This document shows positions 30,703 to 39,877 of a DNA stretch of 64,000 nucleotides, in pieces. Below the pieces are notes generated by a model. That model was given only the letters and a program-made list of their open reading frames with translations. It was not told the origin of the DNA and searched no databases. The number at the start of each line of letters is the position of its first letter. Position 1 is the first letter of the stretch. Source of the DNA: Verrucomicrobiota bacterium (GTDB taxonomy: Bacteria; Verrucomicrobiota; Verrucomicrobiia; Opitutales; Cerasicoccaceae); the NCBI GenBank assembly GCA_039818205.1, contig JBCBUK010000001.1, forward strand, positions 96,001 to 160,000. The letters are read 5' to 3'. The position numbers and the translations under genes were made by a program.

Positions 30703-33366
30703 ATGACCGCCCGCGCTTTATTCGTTTGCTTTGGAATACTGCTTGCCCTCACCTTTTTTGGTTGTGGTGAATCGCCACCGTCTGTCGCAACTGATAAAAT
30801 GCAAACGGACCAGCAGGCCGAGTCGGTCGAAACAACTAAGGAAGCCGCCGAATCGGTTTCTTCAGCTGAGCCTGAAAATCCGACTGAGCCACCTCAGAAG
30901 ACATTTGAAAACCCTTACCCTAAGGGAACCTTATACCACGAATTTCTCGAAGCGAAACACAATGGCAAACCCTCTCGGTTGACCGACTATAGCTACGCTG
31001 GCTACCATCGCAGTCAGAAACCCTTGCCGACCGTTTCGAAGGACACCTATCGCTACTTCGATGTTACCGAGTATGGCGCACGACCTGGTGACAATCGATC
31101 CGATCGAGACGCCGTCATTGCCGCACTAACGGCTGCCCACGCACATGATGGGCCGGCAGTTGTCTATTTTCCACCGGGCAATTTTCGGTTATTCGAGAAA
31201 AGCGACTTCGGCAAAGTCCCGATTGAAATCACTCGCAGTAACATTGTGCTCAAGGGAGCCGGGATGGGCTCAACTCAATTGGAATTTGCCGAAACGCATC
31301 TTCCCGCACGGCCGCTGATCCTCTTTCGCTCTAGCACGGGGAAAGACGACTATTGGCGGGGAGATAAGAAACTAAATGCTGTCGCAACCCACCAGGTCGA
31401 CACTTACACGGTTGAGGTCTCCGATACCTCAGGGCTAAAGCCTGGTATGCGGATCAATTTCAACCCTTCGATGGATCCGAATGCAGAGTCGACCAAGGAA
31501 TTTTTTGCACCACATGATGTCCCACAAGGGATATTCAACCGCGCGAAGAATAAGGGTGGCGTTCTCACAGACATCTTTGAACTCCATGAAATAAAGAGCA
31601 TCGATGGCAATCTCGTGACCTTTGGTGAACCGATTCAATTGGAATTCGACGCCTACCAGAATTTTCAGATCTATCGCATTGATGGCATCATCGAGGAGTG
31701 CGGAATAGAAGACCTCTCGCTCCGCGGAGGATGGCGTGGCGTCTTTCAACACCACAACGGATCCCGCTACGGTGAGGACTACATCATGATTGCAATGAAT
31801 CGCGTCTTCAATAGCTGGGTTCGGCGTGTCCGCATCGCAGACTACAGTTTCGCCTTCAAGCAATGGCTCTGCGGATTTAATACCATCACCGATGTAATCC
31901 TCGAAGGTAATCCAGGACACCTTTCGATGGTTAGCCAAAGTTCCTACGGCAATCTCTTTGCATTCATTCGGGAACAACGGGACACGCACCACGGCCTCGG
32001 CGTATCGCGATCGGGAACCAACTCTGTCTTTTACCGCTGCGTGCAACACGAGAGTATGGAGGCGCACTGCGGCTACCCGCGTGCTACCCTCTACGATCTG
32101 AACGAAGGCGGCTTTCACCCACGAGGCGGAGGGGCCACCTTCTTCCCAATGCACGACAAGGGGCTAACCTTTTGGAACTGGAATGTCACCAAGCCTGGCT
32201 CGTTTGATTTTTGGCCTGAAGGCAAACGCTACGGCTATTTCTTACGCCCGATCATCGCTGGTCTTCACGGCGAGAAATTTGAGATTCCAGACGTAGAAAC
32301 CGACCTGCTCGCATTCGAGTCACCGGGAATCAAGACAGCGCCGGAATCACTATTTGAAGCCCAGCTAAAACAGCGCCTTGGCTATCTTCCCGAGTGGTTG
32401 GTCCAGGCACGCGACGACTTTGAATCAGTTAGCCGACACTCGGTGATCTCAATTGCTCAACCGCTTGATCAAACGGTCCACAACAACGATGTGCTAGTAT
32501 CGGTCGAGCTAGACCCCGATCTTGACCCTTCGCAGGTGACGCAGATCGACCTGCATGTCTCAAAAACCAGCCGTTGGGATGGTTTTTTGAACCTTGGCGA
32601 GATTAGCGTCGAATCCCTAAAACGACGTTTTCGTTTACCAACCGATGGTGTCTGGATCCTCAAGCTAAAACTCACCAACAGTCGGGACGAAATCAGTTTC
32701 AGCAAGCCCATCACCGTTTTCGTTGGCCGTGAACAGAACTTGAGGGAAGTCGAAGTCGTAGACTTTGCCATGATTCCTGCTAAAGCAAAGAACAAGCTCT
32801 ACCAGGAATTCGTTAAAATGGGAGGCGGAGAGGCCGCAAAACTCCCTACCAGCAAAGTGCTTTTACTTCGGGATAAAAATGAGCCACTCCACACGGTCGA
32901 GGTTCCCTATCGCGAAGAGCTTCATCAATTCTACCGCGACTATGGAAAGAAAACATTCAACAAGTTGCTAGACAAAGACCTCGCCCGCCCCTTGTTCGAT
33001 GGTAAGAGCAACAACGGCGGGCCCAATGTATACGGCTACCAAGACACACTCATCCAGGCCAAATTTCCGTTTAACCGCCGTATCAACCGCCTTGATATCC
33101 ACTGGAAAGACGAAGTCCCAGGAGCCAAGGTTCGGCTGGAAATCCAGACCTCTCAGGACCTCGATGCCTGGAATAGTTTTGCGAATGACGACCGCCTCTG
33201 GGAGTTTTCAGTTGGAAGACTCGGTGGAACCCTGGTGAAAGCTCCGCTACCGGGATCAAATGGCGTAAGCAGTATCTACTTCCCCGAACGTGATGCCCGC
33301 TTGATCCGGCTATTACTCACCAGCTTTCCCAACGAGATTGCGGAGTTGAAGTTCTACGGCCCCTAA
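30703..33366 (+). CDS. DUF4955-domain (PL29-like) lipoprotein with C-terminal Ig-like and F5/8-like extensions
   Basis: Lipobox-like FFGC followed by a low-complexity linker; DYSYAGY, VYFPPG, LTFWNW, PESLFEAQLKQRLG; ~300 extra aa ending RLIRL...IAELKFYG. Confidence 0.75.
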   Translation: MTARALFVCFGILLALTFFGCGESPPSVATDKMQTDQQAESVETTKEAAESVSSAEPENPTEPPQKTFENPYPKGTLYHEFLEAKHNGKPSRLTDYSYAGYHRSQKPLPTVSKDTYRYFDVTEYGARPGDNRSDRDAVIAALTAAHAHDGPAVVYFPPGNFRLFEKSDFGKVPIEITRSNIVLKGAGMGSTQLEFAETHLPARPLILFRSSTGKDDYWRGDKKLNAVATHQVDTYTVEVSDTSGLKPGMRINFNPSMDPNAESTKEFFAPHDVPQGIFNRAKNKGGVLTDIFELHEIKSIDGNLVTFGEPIQLEFDAYQNFQIYRIDGIIEECGIEDLSLRGGWRGVFQHHNGSRYGEDYIMIAMNRVFNSWVRRVRIADYSFAFKQWLCGFNTITDVILEGNPGHLSMVSQSSYGNLFAFIREQRDTHHGLGVSRSGTNSVFYRCVQHESMEAHCGYPRATLYDLNEGGFHPRGGGATFFPMHDKGLTFWNWNVTKPGSFDFWPEGKRYGYFLRPIIAGLHGEKFEIPDVETDLLAFESPGIKTAPESLFEAQLKQRLGYLPEWLVQARDDFESVSRHSVISIAQPLDQTVHNNDVLVSVELDPDLDPSQVTQIDLHVSKTSRWDGFLNLGEISVESLKRRFRLPTDGVWILKLKLTNSRDEISFSKPITVFVGREQNLREVEVVDFAMIPAKAKNKLYQEFVKMGGGEAAKLPTSKVLLLRDKNEPLHTVEVPYREELHQFYRDYGKKTFNKLLDKDLARPLFDGKSNNGGPNVYGYQDTLIQAKFPFNRRINRLDIHWKDEVPGAKVRLEIQTSQDLDAWNSFANDDRLWEFSVGRLGGTLVKAPLPGSNGVSSIYFPERDARLIRLLLTSFPNEIAELKFYGP

Positions 33367-33739
33367 GTTGCCGTTGATTTGGCGGTTCGATTCTGAAGGC
33401 AACTCATGACAATTCGGGCGTGCAAAACGCTGTCCGGATAGAACCAACTGGCTGATCCAGGGCGCTTTCTCTTCCACTCTCGGAGGCTAAAGCATTCCAT
33501 GCGCTTTGCCTCCTTGGCGTACCGAAATAATACCCAATTCTCAATCATTGACAAACGCGGGCAACCCACTGATATTCAGTAACTTAATAGGATTGTTTCT
33601 TAACAATCATTAATAATTGATGTTGATCGCCGGTTGGAGAGTTAGGGAAACCGCAGGCAAACCGTTTGATCAGCGCGAAGTTAACAATCTACCAGGTGAG
33701 AATTATCTGGATCTAAATGCCTGCGCCCAAAAGAGTTAA

Positions 33740-35026
33740 ATGGAGTTTTGTTATTTGAGAAGATGCCGTCAGATCGTCTGTACGGTCTTGCTAATAGCGT
33801 CAGGAAACGTTTTTGCACAAGATTTCGACTGGGATGGAAGCCAGAGTACCGACATCACCAACGACGCAAATTGGGTTGGCAACAACAAGCCGACCTTTTC
33901 GAGCCAAACGGAGGTCTGGAACTTCGACACAGCGGTGTCTAATAGCCCCAGTATCAATCAGCCCAATCTCGTACTAGGCGGGTTTCATTTTCGGTCCAAC
34001 AGCGGGGCCTATTCCATCACCGGCAACCAGGTCTACAACGTATTTGGCTTCGATGAGAATGGCACCACCTACGCGGTTTTCAATGACAACGCGAACATCC
34101 AAACCATCAGCAATTCTGGAAATATCAACTTTCACGGCACCGATCTAAGCTTTGAAACGGGTGATGGCGGCATCCACTTTACTGGCAGCACCGACTATAC
34201 CAACACGACGAGAACCATCTTTACCGGTAATGGAAACATGGAGTTTTCAGGCACGATCAATGTGAACAGTGTCCGATTCCAATTCTCCAACAGCGGCCAA
34301 AATGACGTGCGCGTCGCCTTCAATTCAGCCGAAGAACTAGTCATTGATGGCGGTAGCACTACCACCTTTTTCCAAAACACATCCGTCAACAATTCAGGTA
34401 CCTTGGTCACAAATTTCAGCGTCGCGCGCTTCAATTCGACGTTCAACTCCAATGAGCTCGTGATCGACAATGGAGCGGAAGTCTACATCTCCGGGAATGC
34501 GACCCACAATGGCGGCATCGACCTCCTTTGTGGAACTTTGCTCCTTGAACGCTCCAACCCGATTGGGAACCACAACCTCAATGCCATGGGTGGCGTCTTC
34601 AATCTCCAGGGCTTCAATGAGAACTTAAATAGTCTTTCACTCAGTGAGAATTCCACCATCGATTTTGGCTCAAGCTCGGGAAACAACAGCTTGAGCTTTC
34701 AAGGAGCCGGGACATTCACCACTGGGACAATGCTCACGGTTTTAAATTGGGAGAACGGTGACTCCTTTCAGGTTTTGAACATCGGCTCGACCAATGCTCA
34801 ACAAGTACGCTTTTATGGTGATTTCGGCGCTGATGGTCTCGGGTTCTATCAAGCAAATCTCAATGGCAATACACTCAGTCCGGGAAACTTCCTTTACGCA
34901 ACCGCACCCGATCATATCAATTGTGTTCCGACCCAAGTCGTTCCCGAGCCAAGCACCTATATTTTTGGCGGTGTTTTGTTGATTGGTAGCCTGTTTGAGT
35001 TTCGTAGACGGAGACGTAGCGCTTAA
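33740..35026 (+). CDS. PEP-CTERM protein with autotransporter-passenger-like beta-strand repeats
   Basis: Signal peptide; DWDG...DANW start; Asn/Gly/Thr-rich repeats; VPEPSTYIFGGVLLIGSLFEFRRRRR. Confidence 0.88.
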   Translation: MEFCYLRRCRQIVCTVLLIASGNVFAQDFDWDGSQSTDITNDANWVGNNKPTFSSQTEVWNFDTAVSNSPSINQPNLVLGGFHFRSNSGAYSITGNQVYNVFGFDENGTTYAVFNDNANIQTISNSGNINFHGTDLSFETGDGGIHFTGSTDYTNTTRTIFTGNGNMEFSGTINVNSVRFQFSNSGQNDVRVAFNSAEELVIDGGSTTTFFQNTSVNNSGTLVTNFSVARFNSTFNSNELVIDNGAEVYISGNATHNGGIDLLCGTLLLERSNPIGNHNLNAMGGVFNLQGFNENLNSLSLSENSTIDFGSSSGNNSLSFQGAGTFTTGTMLTVLNWENGDSFQVLNIGSTNAQQVRFYGDFGADGLGFYQANLNGNTLSPGNFLYATAPDHINCVPTQVVPEPSTYIFGGVLLIGSLFEFRRRRRSA

Positions 35027-35086
35027 GGGTCGCTAACCATCACGGGCTCTAGTCCGTTCATATTCTGCAGAAAAATGCAGCAGCGG

Positions 35087-35113
35087 TGTCACGTTTCCCA
35101 GGTTAAAATCGTC
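35087..35113 (+). promoter_or_regulatory. ECF41 (SigJ) target promoter TGTCACG-N16-CGTC
   Basis: One mismatch to the published ECF41 consensus TGTCACA-N16-CGTC; directly upstream of the AhpD-like/ECF41 pair. Confidence 0.85.
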
Positions 35114-35137
35114 TTCTGATTGAACAACGAATCAATC

Positions 35138-35665
35138 ATGAAGCATACCAACAAACTCACCCTTGAAAAGGAAACGCAGCTGAGCGCATTCGAGCAGCAC
35201 TACGGCTATGATGCCTCGTATCTGCGACATGTACTCAAAACATCGCCCAATGCCTACGATGCCTTCGAGCACTTTAAGAAAATGGCAGCGTTTCGACAAA
35301 ATCTGTCGGTCGACGACTACTATGTCATAGCGATAGCGACGATGCAGGCTGAGGACTGCGGAAGCTGTCTGCAACTCAACGTAAAAATGGCCATTGAAGC
35401 CGGTGTTTCTCAAGAAATCGTTCAAGCCGCATTGGGACGCAGCCAACCTGGATACGACCGCGTGCAAACCCTTCGCGACTATGCGATCGCCGTCGCCAGC
35501 AACCTACCATGTGAGCATCTTGAGTCTACAGTTCGCAAATACCTGGGTGAAACGGGGCTAGTCGAACTCGCTCTTTGTGTGGCGTCCAACCGCGTTTACC
35601 CTTGTCTTAAACGCGCACTGGGTTATGCCAGTGAAGCTTGCGAAATGATCGGAATCGAGGCCTAG
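35138..35665 (+). CDS. Carboxymuconolactone decarboxylase / AhpD-like protein
   Basis: EDCGSC CxxC motif, MAIEAGV; the usual neighbour of ECF41. Confidence 0.78.
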   Translation: MKHTNKLTLEKETQLSAFEQHYGYDASYLRHVLKTSPNAYDAFEHFKKMAAFRQNLSVDDYYVIAIATMQAEDCGSCLQLNVKMAIEAGVSQEIVQAALGRSQPGYDRVQTLRDYAIAVASNLPCEHLESTVRKYLGETGLVELALCVASNRVYPCLKRALGYASEACEMIGIEA

Positions 35666-35709
35666 CGCTCGCCCACCGGAAATTTTTCGAACTCACACTC
35701 TCCGTTTCA

Positions 35710-36594
35710 ATGGAAGTCGACGCAACCGAACTCTTTGAATCGCATCGGCGTCTCCTTACAAGCGTCGCCTATCGCTTGCTGGGGTCGGTCTCCGAGGCCG
35801 AGGATGCCGTTCAAGATACGTTTCTGCGCTGGAACAAAGTCGATCCAGCGCAGATCCAATCTCCAAAATCGTGGCTCGTAAAAACCTGCAGCCGAATCGC
35901 TCTCGACACGCTTCGGTCAGTTCGCGTGCAACGCACTGAGTACATTGGCCCCTGGCTGCCCGAGCCTTTCTTGGAAGACAAGCAGCGGTCGCCGCGTGAC
36001 GCCCAACAAATCGATGAATCGATTTCAATGGCTCTATTACATGCCCTGGAGCGCCTCAGCCCCAGTGAGCGCGGTTCATTTATTTTGCACGACGTATTCG
36101 ACTACTCTTTCAGCGAAGTGTCTGATATTCTTAACAAGTCACCAGAGAGTTGTCGAAAGCTCGCATCCCGCGCCCGCGCTCACATCCAGGAGGGCAAGCC
36201 ACGATTCTCGGTATCAGCATCAGATCATCAGCATTTACTCACTGGATTTTTGCAGGCAGCACGTGCTGGCGAATTCGAACGCCTACGCTCTCTGCTATCC
36301 CCCACCGTCGAGCTGCATTCCGATGGCGGTGGCAAAGCCTTGGCGGCCAGACGCATTGTCCAAAGCGATGAGCTGGTCACAAAGTTCTTTGTCAGGGTGA
36401 TGGGCCGCAATCAAGGCTCGGGCAAAAGCCTCTCTATCCGCGAGCAATGGTTTAATGGCGCACCGGGACTCATCATTCTTGAAAATCAAACGATTGTCAC
36501 CGCGCTCTGTTTTGCGGTGGACCAAGACACCCCAAAAGTCGCGAAAATCTTTGCCATCAGAAACCCCGATAAACTGCGATCCCTAGTATCTTAA
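35710..36594 (+). CDS. sigJ: ECF41 RNA polymerase sigma factor (SigJ-like, SnoaL-like extension)
   Basis: AYRLLGSVSEAEDAVQD, YIGPWLPEP, SDGGGK, RNPDKL signature motifs. Confidence 0.93.
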   Translation: MEVDATELFESHRRLLTSVAYRLLGSVSEAEDAVQDTFLRWNKVDPAQIQSPKSWLVKTCSRIALDTLRSVRVQRTEYIGPWLPEPFLEDKQRSPRDAQQIDESISMALLHALERLSPSERGSFILHDVFDYSFSEVSDILNKSPESCRKLASRARAHIQEGKPRFSVSASDHQHLLTGFLQAARAGEFERLRSLLSPTVELHSDGGGKALAARRIVQSDELVTKFFVRVMGRNQGSGKSLSIREQWFNGAPGLIILENQTIVTALCFAVDQDTPKVAKIFAIRNPDKLRSLVS

Positions 36595-36675
36595 ATCATA
36601 GTTGGGCGATTCCATTCAAATGAAGTTTGCGCGAATTGTTCTGGACAAAGCCGCATCTTGGGAAAAGTTGTTTCC

Positions 36676-37860
36676 ATGGCTCGATTACTGCAAACCCTTG
36701 TTTTGGCCAGCGCACTGCTGCTGATTGTCGGCTGTGCCAATACCTACGACCGGAACCCTGTCCCAAAGGAGCACGTCGAAAAAACTCAAGTGCTGGACAT
36801 CCCCAACGCGCGGTTTTGGGCCGATGAGCGATCCTACTACATGGACCAAGCTCTCAATCAGCCTGGGCCAACGCTGCGTCAACAGTTGCCCTCAATCTCA
36901 AACAAAGAGCACAACTACCTAGCTATTTCCGGTGGTGGAGATAAAGGGGCATTTGGCGCAGGGCTGCTCTGCGGGTGGACAGCTGCTGGCACACGTCCGG
37001 AATTCGAAATCGTGACTGGCATTAGCACCGGTGGACTCACCGCCCCGTTTGCCTTTTTAGGTCCCAAATACGACTACGTTTTGAAAGAGGTCTATACAAC
37101 CACAACGACCAAGGACCTTGCCGAGCAACACAGCCTAACCGTGATTTTTACCGGAGACTCGGTTGTCGACACCACTGGTCTGAAGAATCTGATCGAGAAA
37201 CACGTCAACGAAGAGTTCGTCAATGAGATCGCAGCGGAGTATCGCAAGGGGCGTCGCCTTTGGATTGGAACAACCAACCTGGACATTATGCGGCCGGTGA
37301 TGTGGAACATCGGAGCGATCGCCAATACCAATGACCCCCGTCGAATCGATCTCATCCGCCAAATCCTTCGCGCATCTGCAGCGATTCCCGTCGCATTCCC
37401 ACCCGAATACATCGAAGTTGAAATTGGCGACGAAATATATGACGAAATGCACGTTGACGGCGGTGCAACAACGCAAGTTATTCTCTACCCTGAAAGTCTT
37501 GCTTGGGCAGATGTCCTCGCGAAGCTGCAAGTTCCGGGCTCACCGAATGCCTACGTCATCTTGAACGCATTCGTTGATCCAGTCTATGAACCCGTCGACC
37601 CGGCAATTATGGATATTGCCGGCAAAACCGTTGCCTCCTTGATACGGACTCAAGGCCTGGGGGATCTCGACCGCATCTATGCCGCATCCGTTCGCGATGG
37701 GCTCGAGTTCAAGCTCGCGTTTCCACCTGGAGACCTGCCACGCCAGGGCGAAGAAGCATTCGATCCCGAGTATATGCAAATCCTGTTCGATCGCGGGTTT
37801 GATATGGCGCTATCTGGCTATCCCTGGGATAAGACTCCTCCCCACTTCGATACTGACTAG
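36676..37860 (+). CDS. Patatin-like phospholipase, lipoprotein
   Basis: Lipobox LIVGC; SGGGDKG, GISTG, DGG motifs. Confidence 0.92.
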   Translation: MARLLQTLVLASALLLIVGCANTYDRNPVPKEHVEKTQVLDIPNARFWADERSYYMDQALNQPGPTLRQQLPSISNKEHNYLAISGGGDKGAFGAGLLCGWTAAGTRPEFEIVTGISTGGLTAPFAFLGPKYDYVLKEVYTTTTTKDLAEQHSLTVIFTGDSVVDTTGLKNLIEKHVNEEFVNEIAAEYRKGRRLWIGTTNLDIMRPVMWNIGAIANTNDPRRIDLIRQILRASAAIPVAFPPEYIEVEIGDEIYDEMHVDGGATTQVILYPESLAWADVLAKLQVPGSPNAYVILNAFVDPVYEPVDPAIMDIAGKTVASLIRTQGLGDLDRIYAASVRDGLEFKLAFPPGDLPRQGEEAFDPEYMQILFDRGFDMALSGYPWDKTPPHFDTD

Positions 37861-37933
37861 ATTCGTATGTGTCTGCGGGACGATGGCTCGTTTTCAGGTT
37901 GCACATTAGGCTGACCAAGATCTCCCTTTCTGC

Positions 37934-38782
37934 ATGGACGCGAGCCATATTTATATCGTCACCGGGGTATCTACTGGAATTGGTAGCGGAATCGCACGGG
38001 CCTTGCTTGAAAAGGGATTCGGCGTTTTTGGTAGTGTTCGAGTCGCAGGTGCCTCCCAAAATTTGAAAGAGCACGCCAATGAGAATTTCCAGGAATTGGT
38101 ATTCGATGTTAGAGACACTGAAGCGATTCAGATAGCTCGACAAACAGTTGAAACAGCGATCGCGGACAGACGAATCCAAGGTATTATCAATAACGCCGGA
38201 GTCGCCTATGCAGGCCCGCTTGAACACATTCCAATGGAGGAGATGCGTTCGATGATTGAGGTTAATGTCCTCGGCCTATTGGAAGTTACCCGAACGTTCT
38301 TACCACTGCTTGAGACTCCAGGGGCAAAGATTTTTAACATGGGATCGGTCTCGGGGCTTTTTTCAAATCCTTTCCTTGGTGGATATGCGGCCTCAAAGTT
38401 TGCCCTCGAAGCAGTCACCGACGCCATGCGACGCGAGTTCAAAGTCCACGGCATTCAAGTTTGTGTCTTAGAGCCAGGCCCGATCGACACCCCGATCTGG
38501 GGCAAACAATCCTATGAAGAGCTCCGCAAACGCTATCAGGCGACGCGATACGCTGAACCCTTGGATCGTTTCAACGAACAAATCAACGCAGCCGTCAAAA
38601 CGGCACTCCCAGTCGATGCAGTCGCACAAACGATTTTGAAGCTCGTTGATGCGAAGAAATTGCCAGCAAGAAAAATCGTTGCCAACAATGCGTGGTTCTA
38701 CGGCTTGTTGAAGATGCTTCCAACCACGATCATTGACTACTTGGTCTACCGCAGTCTTAGCATAGCGACGAAGCTTAACTAG
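37934..38782 (+). CDS. SDR family oxidoreductase
   Basis: TGVSTGIG, NNAG, YAASK, EPG. Confidence 0.93.
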   Translation: MDASHIYIVTGVSTGIGSGIARALLEKGFGVFGSVRVAGASQNLKEHANENFQELVFDVRDTEAIQIARQTVETAIADRRIQGIINNAGVAYAGPLEHIPMEEMRSMIEVNVLGLLEVTRTFLPLLETPGAKIFNMGSVSGLFSNPFLGGYAASKFALEAVTDAMRREFKVHGIQVCVLEPGPIDTPIWGKQSYEELRKRYQATRYAEPLDRFNEQINAAVKTALPVDAVAQTILKLVDAKKLPARKIVANNAWFYGLLKMLPTTIIDYLVYRSLSIATKLN

Positions 38783-38836
38783 ATCTGCGCGCAAAAGATC
38801 ACTCGGGATCGCTTGCGGACCGACTACTGCCTAGAC

Positions 38837-39637
38837 ATGTCTGTCATCTATAAAATCGAACGCCAGCTTCTCCTGCAGGAAGGTTTCCTGGAGCAGGTCG
38901 TCTACCCCAATGATGAGCTCAATTGTTTCTGGACCGACGACTGGACGCCCGAGACCTATGAGTGCCTGGCACAAGCCGGGTTTATAACGATCAGCTACCC
39001 ATCCGGACCCGACGGGCCAATTTTGATATCTCAGCTACATGAAACGTATTCCGTTCTCGATTGGGCAAATCTGAGCATTGAACGCGGCCTGCGCAAACTA
39101 ATCAAGAGTGGCCAGCTCGAGGAGGACTGCCTTCAACTCGTCATTCATTCGGATCCGTCACCAATCTGCAATGCGATACAACGGTATCATCAAGATGATT
39201 GTTGGCTTACAGACGAGTATGCCGATCTCATGCTGAGTCTCGCTAATCAAGATCGATTAATCCGAACCTTAGGCATCGGCCTATACGATGGAAAACGCAA
39301 TCAACTGGTCGGCGGGGAAATCGGCTACACGATCGGAGCAACCTACACCAGCTTGAGTGGCTTTCTTGATCGTGAGTATCCCAAGCGAAACAACCTCGGC
39401 AAACTTCAGCTCGTTGCGCTCGCCCGACTACTTGAACGATGCGGCTATCCATTTTGGAATCTCGGCATGTTGCTCGACTACAAATTGCAAATCGGTGCAA
39501 CTGAAACACCACGACTCGGCTTTCTGATGAGATGGCTCAAAGCCATCAATCAACAAGCCCGAGAACCGCTTGATCAACTACTTGATAAGCCAATATCGTG
39601 TAGTGACTTACTCACCAAAGATAGTCATGTTTCTTAA
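38837..39637 (+). CDS. Leucyl/phenylalanyl-tRNA-protein transferase-like (divergent, GNAT fold)
   Basis: LVGGEIGYTIGATYTSLSGF...GKLQLVALARLL resembles the Aat core (LVGG...G..F.GESMF...SK.AL). Confidence 0.6.
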   Translation: MSVIYKIERQLLLQEGFLEQVVYPNDELNCFWTDDWTPETYECLAQAGFITISYPSGPDGPILISQLHETYSVLDWANLSIERGLRKLIKSGQLEEDCLQLVIHSDPSPICNAIQRYHQDDCWLTDEYADLMLSLANQDRLIRTLGIGLYDGKRNQLVGGEIGYTIGATYTSLSGFLDREYPKRNNLGKLQLVALARLLERCGYPFWNLGMLLDYKLQIGATETPRLGFLMRWLKAINQQAREPLDQLLDKPISCSDLLTKDSHVS

Positions 39638-39877
39638 CAAAAACCAGCAGATCCTAACCGGCCCGGTCGCCACTTAAAGCCTTCAACCTAGGCAACCCCT
39701 AGACTATCCCGAGATCGCCAAAATACTCCCCACAAGTTTACGGGGTATTGCATTTAGTACTAAGTTACCGGTATCGTTTTCGGTTGCATCAAGATTGTTT
39801 GATATCGATGTTTTTTGCTCATCATGCATAGTTCCTGCCATCAACACCTAACTGGGAAGGGCAACTATCGCCCATCC

